Positions 57,913 to 64,000 of a stretch of DNA of 64,000 nucleotides are shown piece by piece. The position numbers were made by a program, and so were the translations under genes. Source of the stretch: a virus (Duplodnaviria > Heunggongvirae > Uroviricota > Caudoviricetes); the IMG/VR virus record IMGVR_UViG_3300035696_000002. One strand, written 5' to 3'. The notes beneath the pieces were generated by a model. That model saw only the letters and a program-made list of their open reading frames with translations, searched no databases and was not told the origin of the DNA. The stretch's first letter is position 1. The number at the start of each line of letters is the position of its first letter.

Positions 57913-59418
57913 CTATTTGGTGGTTTGAGTTTTTAGTTGTTGTGCCAAGGCTATGGTGCGTTTTTGCTCATCGGGGGTCATTTGAGCATACCCACGCTCA
58001 CCGCCGCCGACCTGACGTACAGCTTCCAGCCAATACGGATCATCTTGCGATGCTGGCCGCTGTTGGACTTGATTCATACTGCCCTCGGGCTCCTGTTCCT
58101 TTGTCTTCCAGAAGTCCTTCAGGCGGTCATCGACTGCATCAGCCCGATGTACCTTTAATACCGCAGTGCGGGCCTTGAGGTAAGTGAACCACGCACCAGA
58201 TTTGCTCCCAGCCGCCGCTTGCTTGGCGACCTCCGCTACTTCGTCCACGGTAAGTGACGAAGCTGCCTTGCCTTGGGATTGCAGGGCCAGTCTTTCCGCC
58301 AGTTTGGTCAGGGCCGAGGTAATGTCGAACCTCAAGTCCCCCTTCTGGCGTCCTTCTACCGATTCCTGAAGCTGTTCCAGAGTAGCCTCTCCCGCCTGTA
58401 CGATGTCATTGAGCTTTTTCAACATCTGCATCTCGGGCTCAGTGAGCTTACCCTTCTCCGGCTTGTAAATCAGGTCGTGCGTCACCTCGGCCCATGCGTG
58501 CATGAGCACCGAAGCGATTTGAATCTCCACGTTCGTGTCGGCGTACCGCAATTCGTCCTTGTGAAGCGTCTCAGGACGCAGTTGCACGAGGTAGTGCGTT
58601 GCCACATAGCCCATGGAATTGTCCGCGTCGCGATCTTCGGGGAAGTGTTTCGCCGGGCGGACTGATACGAACAATTGTTCGATGATTTTTCCTACGGCCT
58701 CACGATCAGCCGGGAGATACAGGGCGACACGGACGCCAGCGAGGTCAACGATGTCGGCGTAAATGTCGCTGAACGATTGATAATTTCGCGTCTTGTTCCG
58801 CTTCACCAATTTGTCGTACAGCTTGTGGGGCCGCTTCGCTCGATGAGTGACGATGGCTCGAATACCCGCCTCTTGCAGGGCTTCGTCGAGGGTGTCCCGC
58901 ATCTGGTGAGCAACCTGATCGTAGAAATCGACCTCGTGCTTGTAGAGTTTCACGAATGCGTCGATGATCGGGTTGCCGCTGGCGGCGGTCTTCGCTTCCT
59001 GTGCTTTTTGGACGGTATCGAACAGATATTCGAACGGAACTTCGTAGATTTCACCGAGGTTGGTGTCTTCCCAGCCCTCGTCGTAGTGAGCCAGATACGA
59101 GGCCTCGGCGTCTTCCAGCGAGTCGTACCCCAGCATCACCTTGTACTCGTCGAACTCGCCCTTGTCATCGTTTTGCTCAACAACATAGACAAATTCGGCA
59201 TCCTTGTCCGGGCCAATGTACACGTCCACTTTTTCTTCATCGCCCGCAGCCGTAGTATCGGGGATGTATCCGTAGTCGGCGTACATTTTCCGCTTCCACT
59301 TCTCCCCCTCAGGGTTCACCCCCACCCGCTCGCTGCCTTTTGGCCACTCGATTACGATGGGAATCCCCCTAAATTCAGTACTATGCATGTTAGGGAGTTT
59401 GTCTGCCGTTTTGTTCAT
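57913..59418 (-). CDS. inorganic pyrophosphatase-like domain fused to a RelA/SpoT small alarmone synthetase domain
   Basis: IEWPKGS.R..YGYI..D.E.VDV..DEYKVMLG; RAK..L..K, DLAGVRV, GY.A.H, EIQI..HAWAE..H. Confidence 0.88.
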   Translation of the reverse strand: MNKTADKLPNMHSTEFRGIPIVIEWPKGSERVGVNPEGEKWKRKMYADYGYIPDTTAAGDEEKVDVYIGPDKDAEFVYVVEQNDDKGEFDEYKVMLGYDSLEDAEASYLAHYDEGWEDTNLGEIYEVPFEYLFDTVQKAQEAKTAASGNPIIDAFVKLYKHEVDFYDQVAHQMRDTLDEALQEAGIRAIVTHRAKRPHKLYDKLVKRNKTRNYQSFSDIYADIVDLAGVRVALYLPADREAVGKIIEQLFVSVRPAKHFPEDRDADNSMGYVATHYLVQLRPETLHKDELRYADTNVEIQIASVLMHAWAEVTHDLIYKPEKGKLTEPEMQMLKKLNDIVQAGEATLEQLQESVEGRQKGDLRFDITSALTKLAERLALQSQGKAASSLTVDEVAEVAKQAAAGSKSGAWFTYLKARTAVLKVHRADAVDDRLKDFWKTKEQEPEGSMNQVQQRPASQDDPYWLEAVRQVGGGERGYAQMTPDEQKRTIALAQQLKTQTTK

Positions 59419-59650
59419 GACAAGAAATACCTGTTTTACTGGGGATTTAAGAATAACCCGAAGGTTCCCTCACTCAAGGAACGGGAAACCTTCAAATTTT
59501 TAAGAGCAAATTTCGCTTCCAGCAAAATCGCAGTATTGTACAGAGGAACCAGCAGGAATCACGGCCACGAGAGCGGAGCAAGGGATTGCACTGCTGTTGA
59601 TGCAGGCCACTTCGTTAACTAACTATACACCTCATAGGAGAGGGCACCCA

Positions 59651-60931
59651 ATGGCATCAAGTAAGATGGCCGTATCCAAACCCAGCAAGGCCACTCGCGA
59701 TCAAGTAATAGCCGATCTTAAACGAGTAGCAAAAAACTTCCCAACAGCAAAACTTTCACGCGACTTTTATCGGGCACAAGGCAAATACGCCGACGCCGCA
59801 TACACGCAGTACTTCCCCGAGGGCTTCAAGGCCTTTGCGGCGGCTGCCGAAGTCAACACCGTGGCCCCCGTTCCGGTCGCTTCCGATCCTGAGATTCCCA
59901 TCGAGAGCCGCGTCGATCTTGAAGTCAAGAAGCTCGACGCAAAACGCGACACCACCAAGAAAATGCTGGATGAAGCTGTCCGGCGTAATCAGGTGCTTGA
60001 GCAGGAACGCGAAATTCTGCTTTCGCTCAAGGATGTCACTCCGCAAGACCTGAATATCGTTCCGAAAACCAGCAGCGGCAGCAGCGAATCAGTGGCCGTG
60101 GGCGTGTTCTCGGACTGGCACATCGAAGAGCGTGTTCTGCCCGGCGACGTGTCCTACAAGAACGAGTTCAACCTTGAGATCGCCGATAAGCGTGCAATCA
60201 AGGCGTGGCAGGGCTTCTATCGCCTGTACGACATCCTGCAACGCGACACCGCGATCAAGTCCGTCATCATTTTCTTGGGCGGTGACTTCATCACGAACAC
60301 CATTCACGAAGACGCTCAGGAAAGCAACCTGCTGCTCCCTGCCGACGCGATTTACAAGGCCGAGAGCCTGATCGTCAGCGGTCTGCAATTCCTGCTGCGA
60401 GAACTCCCCGAAGATGTCGAGATCACGGTCGTCTGCCACTCAGGCAACCACGGTCGTATGACCAAAAAGCAGCGTCACTCGACCGAAGCCGGAAACTCTC
60501 TGGAACAGTTCATGTACTACCACGTCCGTGACTACTTCAAGGCCACGGTGCCGGAAGAACGCATGAAGTTCCAGATTGCAACAGGCTATCACACTTACGT
60601 CCGCCTGTTCAACGAGCAGTACACGATCCGATTCCACCACGGGCATGACATCCGCTATCAGGGCGGCGTGGGCGGCATCTACATCCCGGTCAACAAGGCC
60701 ATCGCCCAGTGGAACAAAGCTGTGCGTGCCGTTGACTTGGACGTGTTCGGCCACTTCCACCAGTACATCGACGCCGGAAACTTCGTTGCGAACGGCTCGC
60801 TGATCGGCTACAACGCATACGCCGTTGCAATCAAGGCCGACTTCGAGAAGCCGCAGCAGGCGTTTTTCCTCATCAACAAAAAGTACATGGCCAAGACCAT
60901 GGCGACGCCGATCTTCGTCTCAGAGGACTAA
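59651..60931 (+). CDS. calcineurin-like metallophosphoesterase with N-terminal extension
   Basis: SDWH, GGD, GNHGR, HHGH, GHFH motifs. Confidence 0.85.
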   Translation: MASSKMAVSKPSKATRDQVIADLKRVAKNFPTAKLSRDFYRAQGKYADAAYTQYFPEGFKAFAAAAEVNTVAPVPVASDPEIPIESRVDLEVKKLDAKRDTTKKMLDEAVRRNQVLEQEREILLSLKDVTPQDLNIVPKTSSGSSESVAVGVFSDWHIEERVLPGDVSYKNEFNLEIADKRAIKAWQGFYRLYDILQRDTAIKSVIIFLGGDFITNTIHEDAQESNLLLPADAIYKAESLIVSGLQFLLRELPEDVEITVVCHSGNHGRMTKKQRHSTEAGNSLEQFMYYHVRDYFKATVPEERMKFQIATGYHTYVRLFNEQYTIRFHHGHDIRYQGGVGGIYIPVNKAIAQWNKAVRAVDLDVFGHFHQYIDAGNFVANGSLIGYNAYAVAIKADFEKPQQAFFLINKKYMAKTMATPIFVSED

Positions 60932-62046
60932 CGTGCGTCTGGACATAGTCAAGTTGTGTGCGGCTGCCGATGAGAAGCCGGAACACCGCTTAGATCGCAG
61001 ATACAAATGGGAAGCATACGGATACGGCAGTCACCTCGCCGACTATTGCTTCCCAATTTGCGTTAAAGACTGCCCTCGTTGTAAAATGGACGAGTGATCG
61101 AGACCCTACAAACCTTAGCTTGGACTGCACGCCCGGTTCCGCCCATCGGGGTTGCCCCGTGGCTCCGCAGGCAACACTGGTTTCGGTACTACATCGTGTA
61201 CAAAATCAAATACCAGTTTTGGCGGCTCAAGAATTGGCGTTGGGAACGTCGGACTGGCAACAAACAGGACTGGTGCTGGTAATGCCGCCGATCACAGTTA
61301 CGCTCACCGAGACAGAAGCCGGGCACATCCGCGAACTCTGTGAAGAAGACCACAAAACCTGCGAGTTTGGTCTCAAGTTCAACACGAATCCAGACATTCG
61401 TGGCTTCTATGAAGCCATAGATACGGTCAATCAAAGCATCATCGAAAAGGTGAAAGACGCATGAGCGACGAACCAGTAGTTCACATCATACTCAAGGAGG
61501 GGGCCTTGATGAAGTACGTGCCGCCGCAGGGCTGTGACTTTATCCCCATCAACCCCCTCGCTGGCATTGAGACTGAGAGTGGCGTATGTGTCTGTGCACC
61601 GGGCTGGGGACACAATGCCATGGTGTACGAGCAATACCGCACGTCGGCTCCACCTGAGGCCTAATGAAAACCCATAACGACACTAACCAGCCCCTCCTGT
61701 TTGACCGTCCGTACTTCTCAGTCGCACCCGAACGCTGTGCCTTACAGCACGACTGGCGGCTCGTTGGCTTTGGCCCCAACAAAGACGGAGTTCGCATTTA
61801 CGAATACTGTTGCAATTTGTGCAACGTCGAACACATCCGCCAACCTGAAAAACTGGAGCGTAAACCCAACCCGCTGTGCTTCGAGGAGAAGCATTTCTGG
61901 CTGGATGCCTGTGGCGACGGCTGCTGCCCGTGGATGATCTGCTACTGTGGGGCGGTCAAACCGATACATCCAACGATGTATGCAGATCGCATCAAATATA
62001 CCCACGATTTCGACGGCAACCGGATAGTTGATCGAGAATCAATTCA

Positions 62047-62274
62047 ATGAAACTCACAGACGAACAAATCAAGTACATGGTGGATCGCTTTCTTCAGTGG
62101 CGGCTGCCGGAAAATTTCAACCCGGATGGTGGAATCAGCTTCAAGCGGATAGGTAACGAGCACCGCCCGGAGTGGTCATACAAGAATGAGCCTGTCGGCA
62201 CGAACCTCTTTGACGCCACGCAGACGGAGGCGATGATCCGCCATCTAGTGGATGGGATGCCAGACTTACCATAA
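62047..62274 (+). CDS. hypothetical phage protein
   Basis: MVDRFL.W.LP.NF.PDGGISF..P.GTNL. Confidence 0.7.
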   Translation: MKLTDEQIKYMVDRFLQWRLPENFNPDGGISFKRIGNEHRPEWSYKNEPVGTNLFDATQTEAMIRHLVDGMPDLP

Positions 62275-62387
62275 GGCGGCTTATCGGACGTTGCTTTTGT
62301 TCTCAGCAACTTGGCTCGGTAACAGTATTATCCTAGATACGGCACTTTCGTGTGGGTAACCGCGTCGAAATTGTACTGAGGAGTAAT

Positions 62388-63230
62388 ATGGAACTTGCAG
62401 ACTTTCAGAAGAAATTTCATCTCGATCACCCCGAATTCATTGACGCATCTGCACCGCTAGTTACGGCGGCTATGGATATTTTCGACACCCCGCTTCGATC
62501 CCCATTGCAGGAACGCGACCTCGTGGCTCGGCATTTGGCTCAGTCGGTAGTTAGCTCCTTTCAAAGCATTCAAATTCTCACATACGAAGGTCACGGAGCG
62601 GATGCCATGTGCATAGTCAGAAGTATGCTCGAACGCACCGTCGCTCTCGTAGCTTTTGAGCAGTTTCCCACAATGGCTGAAGACTACTGTGATTTTCGCT
62701 GGATCAAAAAATGGAAATCTTATCAGCGTGCTCGCGGAACGCATTTAGACGTGCTTCCCGATGAACAAGTGCGTGAACTCGAAAGTAAGTACAACACAGT
62801 GGTGGGTAAATTCACGTTACCAAGAGGAGGTATTCGAGGATCGTGGTATGCGTGTGATCTTCGCACCCTTTGTGACCAAATCGACAAAAGTATCAACCGA
62901 GTGCTGTGGGTTCCGATTTACGATGCCGCTTACAGGGTCGGCTCCGATTTTGAGCACGGTGACATCGCTGGTTTAGAACGTCAAGTTGACATCGAGAAAG
63001 ACCCGTACAACCTTGATCTCCCCCCATCTGATAATTTCATTACCCCCGCAATCTCTACGGCTCACTGGTTGACACTGGCGGCTTTGGTTGCTTACGTTAG
63101 CATCACTGGTATTGACAAGGGGGCAGTGACCGCACAAATCCACGACACCTACAAAAAGGTGTGGGACGTGGGATCACGAGAACACACGGTAGCCAAGAAG
63201 GGCTTCGACGACACTGTAGCATCCCTATGA
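62388..63230 (+). CDS. DUF5677-like helical protein
   Basis: A....RSMLE..., Y...S.FEHG motifs; appears lower in GC than neighbours. Confidence 0.55.
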   Translation: MELADFQKKFHLDHPEFIDASAPLVTAAMDIFDTPLRSPLQERDLVARHLAQSVVSSFQSIQILTYEGHGADAMCIVRSMLERTVALVAFEQFPTMAEDYCDFRWIKKWKSYQRARGTHLDVLPDEQVRELESKYNTVVGKFTLPRGGIRGSWYACDLRTLCDQIDKSINRVLWVPIYDAAYRVGSDFEHGDIAGLERQVDIEKDPYNLDLPPSDNFITPAISTAHWLTLAALVAYVSITGIDKGAVTAQIHDTYKKVWDVGSREHTVAKKGFDDTVASL

Positions 63231-64000
63231 CAAAAAAGACGTGGTTAATCTTGCGATGTAAAACTAAGGACTGTAGCCCTGACTGCAAACAAAAACACGA
63301 GTACACCAATAACGATACGGTCGAGGCAACGCTTGACTTTGAACCCGACCCTTCTACCTTTCTCAAATAATCCATCCACAAGAGCCAACGAAATAGCCCT
63401 CCCCATAGCAACCGTTTGCGTGGTAGAATACTAAGGCCGTGACCCCCCACTTTTGCGAATGGCGTCTCAAGTTCCATCATACAACTCGCACGTTTGAGAA
63501 CTGTGATAAGCCTGCCAACTTTGAACTCGGGGGGTACTGGTATTGTGCCGATCACTATGATTGGTATATGATGATGGCAAGAACCTATCCCTTGACGCCA
63601 AGGAGTGAACAATGCAACCAGTAGTTCTCATCAAAGACAGGGACGGTAATTTCACCGTCGCCGAAGTTTCAAACTACACCTACGACAACGAAGCGACAGC
63701 CAGAGCCTTTGCCCGCGACAAGTGGGGCGACGAAACTCCAGTTGTAGTTACCGCCGCCGAGGATTTTGTTCCTGCGTGGAAGACTACCGGGCCGGAATCG
63801 TCCCGTTCTTAACGCCGAGAACCCACTCTTCGTAGATGCTCACTGGGATCGCGATCATGTCACCTTCACCGTGGCCGACCGTAATTCCACAGATCGCATC
63901 TTGATTCTCGCACACCAATGCCGATCCGCTGGAGCCCGGCCCCTCGCCGGGCAACTCAAAGAGTAAGTCCCCTGTCCAAATCGTCCCGTCATCCAGCACC

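Noticed and set aside
47836-59622. Long + strand ORFs opposite the giant gene and the PPase-RelA gene (e.g. 49325-50890, 58675-59622)
   Set aside because: Antisense shadows of strongly supported minus-strand genes, with no motifs of their own.
1-64000. Stop-codon reassignment (as in some large phages)
   Set aside because: Code 11 gives dense intact genes ending in TAA, TAG and TGA, and no suppressor tRNA was seen.

Overview
A 64-kb segment of a large (jumbo-type) dsDNA bacteriophage. It uses the standard genetic code and is densely coding, mostly on the + strand, with a minus-strand block at about 46.4-59.4 kb. No capsid or terminase genes were recognised in this window. The host is plausibly an Acidobacterium (inference). 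Four systems stand out. (1) 15.7-17.4 kb: a stand-alone Cas7/RAMP-like gene and a partner gene, each followed by a non-coding array of GGY-NN pentamers punctuated by GGCA. Read as a gapped code (NN-x-NN-x...), two array segments match opposite strands of the RAMP gene's own RBS/start codon. This is a candidate RNA-guided, non-CRISPR targeting system. (2) 7.7-14.9 kb: an array of 17 tRNA genes restricted to Trp, His, Arg (all six anticodons), Asn, Gln and Lys. It is preceded by a sigma70 promoter, a 32-codon leader ORF whose core uses codons for exactly those amino acids, and mutually exclusive antiterminator/terminator helices. Interspersed are a HisRS catalytic-domain gene, an IF3 C-domain gene and several non-canonical tRNA-like RNAs. 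(3) A 3341-aa polyvalent protein with about 20 modules (2H, several ART-like, GNAT, ParB, HAD, NUDIX) joined by recurring K-T-A-like linkers, next to a SprT-like protease and a PPase-RelA/SpoT fusion. (4) Dispersed auxiliary genes (Ku, ATP-dependent ligase, MetAP, PTH2, RNA ligase, Clp-type AAA+, J-domain), several driven by a conserved leaderless promoter. All calls come from reading motifs by eye; no database searches were run.
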